Origin: Bryobacteraceae bacterium
GTDB taxonomy: Bacteria > Acidobacteriota > Terriglobia > Bryobacterales > Bryobacteraceae
Direction of reading: 5' to 3'
NCBI GenBank assembly: GCA_035651215.1
Contig: DASRGE010000041.1
Coordinates: forward strand, 9,159-73,158
Length of the DNA: 64,000 bases
Shown here: piece after piece, positions 28,934 to 38,695 of the stretch
Numbering within the stretch: position 1 is the stretch's first letter
How the letters are laid out: every line of letters begins with the position of its first letter
Program-made: the position numbers and the translations under genes
The notes under the pieces: model-generated
What the model saw: the letters and a program-made list of their open reading frames with translations, nothing else
What the model was told of the DNA's origin: nothing
Database searches by the model: none

Positions 28934-29712
28934 ATGGGCTTGGCCAGGCTGCAAACATCCATGTCATATGAACTGCCACTCGATAAAGCAATCAAGCGGA
29001 CCGGAAAGTTTGGGCACCAATATTTCTGGTTTCCTGACCCGCAAACACACGAGAACCAGACCAACCGGCCGGCGGTGTATCCAACATCCGGACTCGATAA
29101 GTACAAGGCAGCCGGAAGTAACGGCAGCGCTAAACTGCTATCCTCGATCTTCACGCAAGTGAACCAGCTCATGACCGAGCTGCTCGATTAAGGGAAGAAG
29201 ATCGGCGACTGGAGCATCCAAAGCGCCGTTGTTCAGAACGGATGGCGGCCCGACGATATCTCGCAAGGCGAGCAGTACCTGCGCATCATCAAAGAGAGAA
29301 TTGCCAGCGACCCTAAGACCTTCGGCGATTTGAAATTCCCGGCTCAGCTTGAGGAGATGGCGAAAAGCGATCTCGGGAAGCCGGGCGACCCGAAACGCAA
29401 GGAGTTCCATCAAAAACTGATCCATTCACCGGGCTGGTCAGCGGACCTGGATCACAAGCTGTTTGCGTACGTGGACAGATACTATGCGCCGCGTGGTTCA
29501 ATCCGCACGCCACGGGACTCGTGTTCGATCTCGATTTCACGGTGATCACCGAACATCGCAATGAATATCAGGTAAAAGCCAGTCCGGGTTGGAATTCGAC
29601 AGCCTTACGTAACGCAGTGGGGATGTGGCTGAACATGTACTCGATGCAGTTTCATTTCGATTCCTATGACATCGGGGCAGAGATCTGGCACATGGAATAT
29701 CGGAAGCCATAA
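28934..29712 (+). pseudogene. M15 (VanY-like, LAS-fold) zinc peptidase gene interrupted by a stop and a frame change
   Basis: One frame is open from 28934 to 29545 except for a TAA at 29189-29191. The frame one nt back is open from 29353 to 29712. Joined near 29497, they give NGWRPDDISQGEQYL ... APRG/FNPHATGLVFDLD ... WLNMYSMQFHF ... EIWHMEY. These match the SxHxxGxAxD and ExWH zinc-site motifs of D-Ala-D-Ala carboxypeptidase-type M15 enzymes. The total length of about 259 aa also fits. Confidence 0.55.
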
Positions 29713-29773
29713 AAGCCCGTCAGTGCTCTCGGCTCCCGAATTGCCGCTGAATTAGCTGGTAATCAAACGGATA

Positions 29774-29810
29774 ACGCGCAAGCGCGTGCGCATCAGGAGA
29801 TTTGCGCGCT
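29774..29810. terminator. GC-rich palindromes between convergent genes
   Basis: ACGCGCAAGCGCGT (29774-29787) is followed by GCGCA...TGCGC (29788-29807). These lie in the 122-nt spacer between the M15 remnant and the esterase 3' end. Confidence 0.25.
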
Positions 29811-29834
29811 CGACTGGCAGGAGCCACGATAAGT

Positions 29835-31406
29835 TCATTCCGAGCTTGTCAACAAAAAACTCTTCCAGAACTCGAATTTCGCCTCGCTACCTGCCACCGG
29901 AACCGGTTTGAAGTCATTGCCCACCTCCATGACCTCCGGCCGGTTGCCGGTCGGCTGCCAATGGGCAAGGCCCTTTCCGTTCGGATCGCCATGCGTTACG
30001 AAGTTTGCCCAATAAGAAGACATGACATCGGCAATTTCCCGATCCTGCGGCGTGAACGGGCGGTCGGACATGTTCAGAGTGTTCAAAACGTACGGCAGTT
30101 CGGAGCTGTGGAAAGCGCCATATCGCGGGGCATCGGGACCGGGCAGCGCGTGATTCCACAGATATTCATAGACGGGTGTTTTGGAGGTTCTGGCGCGCGC
30201 TTGCGCCCATAGATACAGGGCCGTAACGTTGCCGTCACGCGCGCTCTCCTGTAAGGCAGATTTAAGTTCGTCTTCGGCGGCGGCTGGATACAGCTTGAGA
30301 AACTCGCCGGCTCGTTCGCCGAAGCGCCGCTCCGTTTCCTGCTGATAAGCTTCCACCGTGGCGGGTGCCCGTTGCGGTCCGGCAAGCCCCTGCAGTTCTC
30401 CGGTGTTGATGCCCGTCAGGCTGACTATGTCGTTTTGCCTGCCCTCTGCAAATATAGTTGGAATCGACGCCGGCAATAAATAGCCGTCCACAATGGGAAC
30501 AAAGCGGAGACCCGGTTCCGTGCCGGTCAACTTCTGCCAAGGCAAAGCGCGCAGTTGAGCAAGCGTCGCGACGCCCTGCGCCTGCATGAACTTCTCACCA
30601 TCGGCTTCGGCCTCCGCGAGCATTTTAGGAGCAATGTGGATCCCTATGCGGCCAAGGGTGGAACCGCCGCTTTCCATGATGGCCCCCTGGAAGAGTCCCT
30701 TCGCCAAAGGAGAGGCCGTGAGGTCGTGCACCGATATGCTTCCGGCCGACTGTCCGGCGACAGTAACGCGCGTGGGGTCGCCGCCGAAATGACTGATGTT
30801 GGCTTGCACCCAGCGCAGGGCCGCAATCTGATCGAGCAGGCCGTAATTGCCGGACGCATGATGTGGAGATTCACGTGTAAGTTCAGCTAATGCGAGAAAG
30901 CCGAAAACCCCCACGCGGTAGTTAAAGGTCACGACCACAAGACCTTTCTTCGCGAGGCCCCCGCCATCATAGAGAGGAACGGCAGCAGATCCGGAATTGA
31001 ATGCGCCGCCGTAAATCCAGACAAACACCGGCCGTTTTTCGGCGGCCGATTTCGCCGGTGTCCAAACGTTCAGGTAGAGACAGTCTTCGCTGATCTGGTT
31101 GTGCGTCATGAACTCGTAGGTCCATGGCTGCAATTCGTTGTGGATCGTTTGGATGCAGCTCGCACCGAACTCCGCGCTCTTACGGACACCTTTCCAGGAA
31201 ATGACCGGTTGGGGTTCACGCCACCGCAGGTCGCGAACCGGCGGCGCGGCAAACGGGATGCCTTTAAACGCGGTAACGGAAGAGTCGCGTCCGGGTACGC
31301 CGGTGACAGCGCCTCCCGTGACCTGAACGGGTTGAAAGATCGCTGCTGCCAAGGCACCCGTCCAAACGAGTGACATAAAAAGAAATGAAGAGAACGTTCG
31401 GAACAT
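29835..31406 (-). CDS. carboxylesterase type B (para-nitrobenzyl esterase-like), secreted
   Basis: In-frame ATG 31406 gives the signal peptide MFRTFSSFLFMSLVWTGALAAA. Also present are the nucleophile elbow GQSAGS and FGGDPTRVTV. Confidence 0.9.
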   Translation of the reverse strand: MFRTFSSFLFMSLVWTGALAAAIFQPVQVTGGAVTGVPGRDSSVTAFKGIPFAAPPVRDLRWREPQPVISWKGVRKSAEFGASCIQTIHNELQPWTYEFMTHNQISEDCLYLNVWTPAKSAAEKRPVFVWIYGGAFNSGSAAVPLYDGGGLAKKGLVVVTFNYRVGVFGFLALAELTRESPHHASGNYGLLDQIAALRWVQANISHFGGDPTRVTVAGQSAGSISVHDLTASPLAKGLFQGAIMESGGSTLGRIGIHIAPKMLAEAEADGEKFMQAQGVATLAQLRALPWQKLTGTEPGLRFVPIVDGYLLPASIPTIFAEGRQNDIVSLTGINTGELQGLAGPQRAPATVEAYQQETERRFGERAGEFLKLYPAAAEDELKSALQESARDGNVTALYLWAQARARTSKTPVYEYLWNHALPGPDAPRYGAFHSSELPYVLNTLNMSDRPFTPQDREIADVMSSYWANFVTHGDPNGKGLAHWQPTGNRPEVMEVGNDFKPVPVAGSEAKFEFWKSFLLTSSE

Positions 31407-31526
31407 CTTGTATGCAGCATATCCTGCGCGCGGCGCAGCATCTGGTGCGACATGCCTCGTCGAATAACCGCGGTGGCAGATTGCCAACCGCCGCGAGGCT
31501 GCCAGCCCTCAGGCTAACCTCGCGAC

Positions 31527-32024
31527 GTGAGACGAATCGTGATTCTTGGTCCGGGAGCTTCCGGCAAATCGACGCTTGCGATGCAACTGAGCGAGATCAC
31601 GGGGCTGCCTGTGATCGAGCTGGACAAGCTCTTCTGGCGGTCAGGTCTTGCCGCCACACCACGCGATGAATGGGTCAAGGTCCAAGAGCGGCTTAGTCAC
31701 GAGAATGGATGGATTATGGATGGGGACCTGGGACCCTATGATGCTGTCGAAGCTCGACTTCGTGCTGCGGACACAATCATTTTCCTGGACTTCTCACTGG
31801 TCCGATGCGCTTGGCGAGCGATCCGCCGATCGCGCGAGCGTGCCGATTTCTGGCTCTGGTTACTGCGGTATCGACGCCAAAGCCGTCCCTTTCTCATGGA
31901 AGCCATCGCTAAGAACACACCTCATGCAACCCTCCACGTGCTACGCAACCCGGCAGCACTCAGGCGATTCGTCGAAGTGGTAGTGCGCAATTGCCAGGTG
32001 GGCCAGCCGCGCCCAGGCAATTGA
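31527..32024 (+). CDS. P-loop NTPase (adenylate-kinase/FlaR-like)
   Basis: GTG start. Walker A motif ILGPGASGKST. Length is 165 aa. Confidence 0.7.
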   Translation: MRRIVILGPGASGKSTLAMQLSEITGLPVIELDKLFWRSGLAATPRDEWVKVQERLSHENGWIMDGDLGPYDAVEARLRAADTIIFLDFSLVRCAWRAIRRSRERADFWLWLLRYRRQSRPFLMEAIAKNTPHATLHVLRNPAALRRFVEVVVRNCQVGQPRPGN

Positions 32025-32078
32025 CAAACCAAAGCCGGGGGAAGCGGCGCTACAACGGTCATCTCCGAGACGGAATGA

Positions 32079-32435
32079 GTGAGTCCGCCCCACAAGAAAA
32101 CTTGCCTTCTCCGCAACCGCGACGGAACCCCGCGATCATTGCGCGACCTGTGGAAGGGACGGGATCTCACGACGTTCGACGCAGCATTCTCCGTGCCCGC
32201 GTGCGATCTCCTGCTACTCTTTGTGGACGGCCCAGAGAAGCAAGCCGCTGAGTATGTTGCGACTCAGTCAGACATCACTGCGATACAAGCGACCGACGGA
32301 TCCACCTTTGCCCTCTTGCAGTATGCGAACAGTTCCGGTCACGTTGCAGTGGTCCGAGTGAAAAGCACATCCGGGCTCGCCACTGCCATCGCCCTCCCTC
32401 CCGCTGCCGGATCTGAAACCGAACGGTTGGCCTGA
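32079..32435 (+). CDS. hypothetical protein
   Basis: 118-aa ORF with a GTG start and no motif. An alternative-frame ORF (31991-32251) overlaps its 5' half, so the coding status is uncertain. Confidence 0.3.
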   Translation: MSPPHKKTCLLRNRDGTPRSLRDLWKGRDLTTFDAAFSVPACDLLLLFVDGPEKQAAEYVATQSDITAIQATDGSTFALLQYANSSGHVAVVRVKSTSGLATAIALPPAAGSETERLA

Positions 32436-32664
32436 TCTTGCCTCATGGAACTGCGGACCGATCATTCGAGGGGCAGCCAGTAGCTATTCGCAAAGTATCT
32501 GTTTACTCGTGGTGATTGGTTGACTGCATGTGCGAATTCTGCTGCCGCACACAAATTTCGGTATCGCACAACTCCCGCACTCGGAAAACGCCGATAGCCG
32601 GTACGGGCATTTTCCTTCGCTATTGGCGGCACATTCCCGGTACTCCCAATACAGTCGCCGGAAT

Positions 32665-33543
32665 ATGTTCTCGATTATTGGGATAGTCGTCGTCATCGGT
32701 TCCATCCTGGGTGGTTTCCTTCTGGAGAAGGGCAACATCAAAGTCCTCATCCAGCCGACTGAGGTCTTGATTATCGGAGGGGCCGCCATCGGCACGCTGC
32801 TGATTGCCAATCCCCTGCACATTCTGAAGGGCATGGTGGCCGGTCTGCTCGCGATTCTGAAGGGCTCGCCTTACACCAAGAAGCTCTATCTCGAAACGCT
32901 GCTCCTACTCAATGACCTGTTCACCATGGGCCGCAAAGAGGGAGCCGCCAAACTCGAGAAGGAGATTGAAGATCCGGCGCAGGGGCAAGTTTTCAGCAAG
33001 TATCCAGCGTTTCTGAAGAGTCACTTCGCGACCGACTACATTTGCGACACCATTCGTATGTCGTTAGCTGGCGGCGTGACGCCATTCGATCTGGAGCAAC
33101 TGATGGAGATGGATGCCGAGGTCCACCATCATTCGGAGGCGAAGCCGGTTGCCGCGCTGACCACCGTGGCAGACGCTTTGCCGGGTTTGGGAATTGTTGC
33201 GGCCGTGCTGGGGGTCGTGATCACGATGGGCGCTCTCGGCGGACCGCCCGAAGAGATCGGTAAGAAAGTTGCCGCAGCGCTGGTCGGTACATTTCTCGGT
33301 ATTCTTCTGTGCTACGGATTCATCGGACCGCTGGCTTCCAACATCAGCAAAATCAATGAAGAAGCGGACGAATACCACAAGGTTTTGCGGGCCGGAATGG
33401 GCTACTATCTGAAAGGAATTGCGCCGATCCTGGCGATCGAATCCTCGCGCCGCATGATTCCGCCGCATCTGCGGCCTTCGTCGAAAGAACTGGAAGAATC
33501 CATTAAAGCGGCGAAGGCGGGGGGAGCTCCGGCCAATGGCTGA
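32665..33543 (+). CDS. motA: flagellar-type stator protein MotA
   Basis: In-frame ATG 32665 gives MFSIIGIVVVIGSILGGFLLEKG. It has four TM helices, and the C-terminal plug/channel segment is GLGIVAAVLGVVITMG. Confidence 0.85.
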   Translation: MFSIIGIVVVIGSILGGFLLEKGNIKVLIQPTEVLIIGGAAIGTLLIANPLHILKGMVAGLLAILKGSPYTKKLYLETLLLLNDLFTMGRKEGAAKLEKEIEDPAQGQVFSKYPAFLKSHFATDYICDTIRMSLAGGVTPFDLEQLMEMDAEVHHHSEAKPVAALTTVADALPGLGIVAAVLGVVITMGALGGPPEEIGKKVAAALVGTFLGILLCYGFIGPLASNISKINEEADEYHKVLRAGMGYYLKGIAPILAIESSRRMIPPHLRPSSKELEESIKAAKAGGAPANG

Positions 33544-34357
33544 TCACGCAGCCCATCCGCCGATCATTATCAAGAAAAAGAGCAAACACCACGGCCATCA
33601 CGGAGGCGCGTGGAAGGTTGCCTATGCCGATTTTGTCACCGCCATGATGGCGCTCTTCATCGTGCTCTGGCTAATGGCAAGTAGTGATCAGGTGAAAAAA
33701 TCGATTGCCGCTTACTTTCTCGATCCGCAAGGGAAAAAGCACGACATCGGTAGCGGACTCGTCGGATCGGGGGAATCGATGGCCCTCACTAAGCAGGATC
33801 TCCAAAAGCTGAAAACGGAACTGGAAAAGGCGCTGCACCAGCTTCCCGATCTTCAGAAATTGAATAAACAGGTGACGATGACGATCACCGGCGAAGGCTT
33901 GCGGATCGAGCTGATGGAAGGTGCGAAAAACGGTTTCTTTGAAAACGGAAATGCCCGCCCAACCGGCCCAGGCTTGGAAACCATTAGCGTGCTTGCCCAG
34001 GAGCTCGGAAAGCTGCCCAACAACATTCTGATCGAAGGGCACACGGATGCAACGCCGTACCAGGCGGGCTCCGAGTATTCGAACTGGGAGCTGTCCACCG
34101 ATCGCGCAAACGAAGCCAGACGGATTATGCAGCAGCACGGCGTCCGGTCCGACCAGGTGAAGCAGGTTCGCGGATATGCCGATCAGAATTTGCGCGACAA
34201 AGCGCATCCGCTGGATGCCTCGAACCGCAGAATCACCGTGATTGTCCAGTATCAGTCTGCAAGCGAAGGTGCACCCGTGCCCGCCCCCGCGGTCGCGGCT
34301 GCGAATGCCGTCGCGGTGAAGCAGCCGGCTTCAAACGTCAAGACCGGGAAATCGTAG
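33536..34357 (+). CDS. motB: stator protein MotB (OmpA-like C-terminal domain)
   Basis: The N-terminus AWKVAYADFVTAMMALFIVLWL carries the conserved Asp. The C-terminal OmpA-type peptidoglycan-binding segment is (GHTDATP...NWELSTDRANEARR). It overlaps motA by 8 nt. Confidence 0.85.
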   Translation: MADHAAHPPIIIKKKSKHHGHHGGAWKVAYADFVTAMMALFIVLWLMASSDQVKKSIAAYFLDPQGKKHDIGSGLVGSGESMALTKQDLQKLKTELEKALHQLPDLQKLNKQVTMTITGEGLRIELMEGAKNGFFENGNARPTGPGLETISVLAQELGKLPNNILIEGHTDATPYQAGSEYSNWELSTDRANEARRIMQQHGVRSDQVKQVRGYADQNLRDKAHPLDASNRRITVIVQYQSASEGAPVPAPAVAAANAVAVKQPASNVKTGKS

Positions 34358-35672
34358 AGCCTGGCATTTCCCGCGCTCTGTACGCTTCGTCCAGCACTTG
34401 CACCACGTGCGCGACGCGCTGATTCTTTCCATACAGGCGCGCGCCGGCCGCAAGCTGTAGCATGCAGCCTGGATTGGCGGTTACGATGAGCGACGCGTTG
34501 GTCATCCCAACGTATTCCATTTTGTGCCGCAGAATCTGCATCGCCATTTCATTCTGCGCGACGTTATAGATCCCAGCGCTGCCGCAGCATAAGTCCGCCA
34601 TCGGCATTTCGCGATAAGTCAGCCCGGGTACCTGCTTGAGCAGCTTTCGCGGGGCGTCCTTGATCTTTTGGCCATGGGCCAGGTGGCAGGAATCCTGATA
34701 CGTCGCTATCGCGTCCACGCGTCTCATCTCGCGGTTCAATTCGATGGAGGCAAGAAACTCTGTGACGTCCTTCATGCGCCGCTTGAATTCGAGCGCCTTT
34801 TCGCGGTATTTCGGATCGTGTTCGAGCAGCTCGTCATATTCCTTTAACGTGGACCCGCAGCCCGCTGCGTTTGTAATCACGGCATCGAAATCGCCGACGG
34901 TAACGGCATCGATGTTGTTCCGTGCCAGCGCGCACGCCTGCTCGCGCAAGCCGGAATGGAGATGCAACGCGCCGCAGCAGTTCTGGGTTGCGGGAATCAC
35001 TACCTCACAGCCATTCCGCTGAAGGACCCGCACGGTGGCTTCGTTCAGCCGGGCGAAGGCGACGTTCGCGATGCACCCGGCAAGGAAAGCCACCCGGTAC
35101 CGTCGCTCTCCATGCGCGGAAAACGTCTTGCCGATCTTGGAATAGAAAAACGGCGGCTCTGCGTTGGGCGAGAGCGCCTCGATGTTCGCGAGTTTCCCGA
35201 ACAGATGCAAGAGGCCGGTCGCACGCAGCAGATTTTGCAGGCCGGAAGCCTGATAGAGATAGAGCACTCCGCCCGCAATCTGCAGTGCGGTACGCGAAGG
35301 AAGCAGCCTGCTAAACACGAGCCGGCGGCCTAGGCGCGCCCAGAACGGAAGATGCCGGCGCGCTTCGATTTGTGCACGCGCAGCCTCGATCAAACGCCCG
35401 TACGGCACGCCCGACGGACACGCCGTCTCGCATCCGCGGCAAGCCAGGCACAAATCCAGGTGGCGGATATACGCTTCGGTCATCGGAGCGCCGTTTGCCA
35501 CTTGGTTCATCTGATAGATCCGGCCGCGCGGCGAGTCCATTTCGAGGCCTAATTCGCGGTACGTCGGACAGGCGTTCAGGCATAACCCGCAATGCACGCA
35601 CTTATCGAGATCGGACTGCGCTGGACCTTCGTGGGAGTTTGAGATGACCGGTAAAACGCTAGATTCGGCCAT
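34338..35672 (-). CDS. glcF: glycolate oxidase iron-sulfur subunit-like (Fe-S)-binding protein
   Basis: Two ferredoxin-type clusters (CVHCGLCLNACP, CLACRGCETACP) are followed by two CCG-type Cys-rich repeats. Confidence 0.85.
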   Translation of the reverse strand: MAESSVLPVISNSHEGPAQSDLDKCVHCGLCLNACPTYRELGLEMDSPRGRIYQMNQVANGAPMTEAYIRHLDLCLACRGCETACPSGVPYGRLIEAARAQIEARRHLPFWARLGRRLVFSRLLPSRTALQIAGGVLYLYQASGLQNLLRATGLLHLFGKLANIEALSPNAEPPFFYSKIGKTFSAHGERRYRVAFLAGCIANVAFARLNEATVRVLQRNGCEVVIPATQNCCGALHLHSGLREQACALARNNIDAVTVGDFDAVITNAAGCGSTLKEYDELLEHDPKYREKALEFKRRMKDVTEFLASIELNREMRRVDAIATYQDSCHLAHGQKIKDAPRKLLKQVPGLTYREMPMADLCCGSAGIYNVAQNEMAMQILRHKMEYVGMTNASLIVTANPGCMLQLAAGARLYGKNQRVAHVVQVLDEAYRAREMPGSTISRS

Positions 35673-36792
35673 AAAGGCGTGAGCGGTTCAATAAGGAGCC
35701 TGGATCGAACATCTGCTTCACTCTTTTCATCATGGCAAACGCTTCCTCTTTTGGGCCGGACTCCGGCGAGAACCAAAGGTCCTTTCCCTTCGGCGCAAAC
35801 TCGACCGCGGCGCTCCATCTTCGTTCGGCAATGGCGTTCCATAACGGGGACAATTGCTCCCAGTAACTGCCGTAGACGTACGTGACGCCGGAACCGGCGC
35901 GGCAAATGCAGGCATCCGGCGCGACCGCAATCACCTTCCCGATCTCGCTGAGCGGCGTGGAAACGCGCACCACGATGCCTTCTAGCTCGCGGCTGAGGAA
36001 ATTCGGAGTGAACTCGCGGATGCCTTCCCAGAAGCCGTTCTCGTCTTCGCCGGTAAGCATGCCGCTGCCGGCCAGTTCGCGCGCATAACGGTCCAGCACG
36101 CGCTGGCTGCCGCCGGCTCTCACAGCGAGCAAATATTCGCCGGAGGAAATGAGATCAATCGCCATCGGCTGGAGAACGCTGCTTAGGATCGCGTCACGCT
36201 TCTCGATTGCGGCGTCCAGGCTATCGAACGAGAACACAAACGTTCGTGTCTGCTCGGGGCGTGAGTGAACTCGGAAGTTGATGCTGGTAATCGCCGCGAG
36301 CGTGCCGAAGCTGCCGATCATGAGCTTTCCCATATCTAGCCCCGCGACATTCTTGACGACCATGCCACCGGTTTGCACCAGCTTTCCTTCGACCGTGGTG
36401 AAGCTCATCCCGATAATCAGATCGCGCGCCGTTCCATACCCCCGGCGCATAGGGCCACTTGAATTGCACGCGACGATCCCGCCGACTGTGGCCTCTTGCG
36501 CGAACGGTGGGTCGAGCGCAATCATCTGTCCTCGCTCGCCGAGCAGCCGCTGCAGATCCCGGAACAGCATCCCGGCGTGCACACTTACGGTCAAATCGCC
36601 CGGCTCATATTGCAGGAGACGGTCCAAGCCGCGCGTGGACACCCGAACGTCCGCCGGTTGCTCAGGACCGCCCATCCGCCGCTTGCTCCCGTTTCCGGTT
36701 AGATTGACAGTCTTAGATTGGGACGCGGCCTCTCGCAAGAGATCCGCCAGCTCCTCCGGCGATGTGGGCGTACAGACGGACATGCTTCTCAT
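35659..36792 (-). CDS. glcE: FAD-binding PCMH-type oxidoreductase (GlcE-like)
   Basis: An FAD_binding_4-type N-terminal half ([10 protein letters not shown] ... [22 protein letters not shown]). It overlaps the glcF start by 14 nt. Confidence 0.8.
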   Translation of the reverse strand: MRSMSVCTPTSPEELADLLREAASQSKTVNLTGNGSKRRMGGPEQPADVRVSTRGLDRLLQYEPGDLTVSVHAGMLFRDLQRLLGERGQMIALDPPFAQEATVGGIVACNSSGPMRRGYGTARDLIIGMSFTTVEGKLVQTGGMVVKNVAGLDMGKLMIGSFGTLAAITSINFRVHSRPEQTRTFVFSFDSLDAAIEKRDAILSSVLQPMAIDLISSGEYLLAVRAGGSQRVLDRYARELAGSGMLTGEDENGFWEGIREFTPNFLSRELEGIVVRVSTPLSEIGKVIAVAPDACICRAGSGVTYVYGSYWEQLSPLWNAIAERRWSAAVEFAPKGKDLWFSPESGPKEEAFAMMKRVKQMFDPGSLLNRSRLYGRI

Positions 36793-36831
36793 TTTCTACG
36801 GGATGCTAAGCTGACCAGAGATTCCGGGGGT

Positions 36832-37974
36832 ATGAACTTCGAATATTCGGCGGAGCAGAACCAGCTCCGCAAAGCGGTTCGCGACTTTGCAGAGGCCGAA
36901 CTTGCGCCCCACGTGCTCGAGTGGGACGAGAACCAGATCTTTCCGCTGGATGCCGTCAAAAAGGCCGCCCGGCTTGGGCTCATGGGGTCGATTTTTCCCG
37001 AAGAACTGGGCGGGTCCGGATTCGGCTACATCGAGTATTCGATCATCATCGAAGAACTTGCGCGCGTGGACCCCAGCGTTGCGCTCATCATTGCCGCCCA
37101 CACTTCGCTCTGCACGAATCATATTTTCCTCGCCGGCAATGACGAGCAGCACCGGAAGTACATTCCCAAACTGGCTTCGGGCGAGTGGATCGGTTGCTGG
37201 TCCCTGACCGAGCCGGAAGCGGGCTCCGATGCGGCGGGCACGCGCACCACGGCGACGCTCAAAGACGACCAGTGGGTGTTGAACGGCGGCAAGACGTTCA
37301 CGACGAACGCGCAATACGCGGATGTGTGTGTCGCGATGGCCGTGACGGACCGCTCGGCATCCCAGCACGGCATCTCGGCCTTCATTCTGGAGAAGGGCAC
37401 GCCCGGCTTCCGTGTTGGCAAGAAAGAAAACAAACTCGGCATGCGCGCGAGCGCCACGGGCGAAGTGTTGTTCACGGATTGCCATTTGCCGCGCACCCAG
37501 CTTTTAGGGAAGCAGGGCGAAGGCTTTGTGGATAGTTTGCGGATCCTCGATGGGGGGCGCATTTCCATTGCCGCTCTGGCGTTGGGAATTGCACAGGGCG
37601 CATTCGACGCCGCGCTCCGGTATGCCAAGCAGAGAAAACAGTTCGGTCGATTTATCTCGGAGTTTCAGGCCATCCAGGACAAGCTCTCCGAGATGGCTAC
37701 CTCCATTGAAGCGGCGCGCTGGCTAATCTATGCGGCGGGCACTCGCAAAGATGCCGGAAAGCGTGTGACGAAAGAATCGGCCATGGCGAAGCTGTTTGCG
37801 TCCGAGATCGCGGTGAAGGTGGCCGATCAGGCTCTGCAGATCCACGGCGGATATGGCTTCATCAAAGACTATCCGGTGGAGAAGTTCTATCGCGACGTGA
37901 AGCTCTGCACTATCGGCGAAGGGACCAGCGAGATTCAGCGCCTGGTCATTGCGCGTCAACTGTTAAAAGAATAG
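36832..37974 (+). CDS. acyl-CoA dehydrogenase (short/branched-chain type)
   Basis: In-frame ATG 36832 gives MNFEYSAEQ. Motifs [13 protein letters not shown] and QIHGGYGF are present, with the catalytic Glu in [10 protein letters not shown]. Confidence 0.9.
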   Translation: MNFEYSAEQNQLRKAVRDFAEAELAPHVLEWDENQIFPLDAVKKAARLGLMGSIFPEELGGSGFGYIEYSIIIEELARVDPSVALIIAAHTSLCTNHIFLAGNDEQHRKYIPKLASGEWIGCWSLTEPEAGSDAAGTRTTATLKDDQWVLNGGKTFTTNAQYADVCVAMAVTDRSASQHGISAFILEKGTPGFRVGKKENKLGMRASATGEVLFTDCHLPRTQLLGKQGEGFVDSLRILDGGRISIAALALGIAQGAFDAALRYAKQRKQFGRFISEFQAIQDKLSEMATSIEAARWLIYAAGTRKDAGKRVTKESAMAKLFASEIAVKVADQALQIHGGYGFIKDYPVEKFYRDVKLCTIGEGTSEIQRLVIARQLLKE

Positions 37975-37975
37975 T

Positions 37976-38695
37976 TTGATCGAACAGATTCTTGCCGCCG
38001 ATGTACGCGCTCTGGCACGCGCCGCAACGCTTATCGAAAACCAGACTGATGCCGGTCGAGACTTGCTGAGCGCTTTGCTCCCGCACACAGGCCAGGCGAT
38101 GATTATCGGAATCACTGGGCCGCCCGGAGCAGGGAAGAGCACGCTGGTCGATCAAATGACTGACCGCTTGCGGCGCGAATCGAAGAAAGTCGGCGTCCTT
38201 GCTGTAGACGCGTCCAGCCCCTATTCGCATGGCGCGATTCTTGGCGATCGCATCCGCATGCAGCGGCATCACGAAGACCCCGGTGTGTTTGTCCGGTCGA
38301 TGGCGACCCGCGAGCAACTCGGTGGAATCGCGCGGGGCACCCGCGATATGGCGCTGCTGCTCGATGCTGCTGGGTTCGACACCGTGATCATTGAAACGGT
38401 GGGAGTGGGCCAGAATGAAATCGAGATTGCATCGCTTGCACACGTTACGGTTCTGGTGCTCGTGCCCGGCTTCGGCGACGACGTTCAAGCAATGAAGGCC
38501 GGTATTATGGAAATCGCTGATGTCTTCGCCCTGAACAAGGCGGACTTGCCTGGAGCCGAACGCTTGGAACAGGAGATTCGTGCCACGCAGCACGCGCCGG
38601 TTCAACGTGTGATTGCGACGACAGGCGCGGGCGTCCCGGAGCTGATCGCCCTGATTCGCTCTCAATTACAGCAGAAGGAGCTAACGAACGATTGA
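37976..38695 (+). CDS. meaB: MeaB/ArgK-type G3E GTPase (short form)
   Basis: Walker A motif GITGPPGAGKST, plus IIETVGVGQ and NKAD. At 239 aa it lacks the usual C-terminal extension. Confidence 0.85.
   Translation: MIEQILAADVRALARAATLIENQTDAGRDLLSALLPHTGQAMIIGITGPPGAGKSTLVDQMTDRLRRESKKVGVLAVDASSPYSHGAILGDRIRMQRHHEDPGVFVRSMATREQLGGIARGTRDMALLLDAAGFDTVIIETVGVGQNEIEIASLAHVTVLVLVPGFGDDVQAMKAGIMEIADVFALNKADLPGAERLEQEIRATQHAPVQRVIATTGAGVPELIALIRSQLQQKELTND

Noticed and set aside
29489-29505. Programmed -1 ribosomal frameshifting as the explanation for the frame changes in the M15 gene and in the 23398-23452 overlap.
   Set aside because: Neither junction has an X XXY YYZ slippery heptamer or an obvious downstream stimulatory structure. 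The M15 gene also carries a nonsense codon. Mutation or assembly error is the simpler explanation, but this remains untested.
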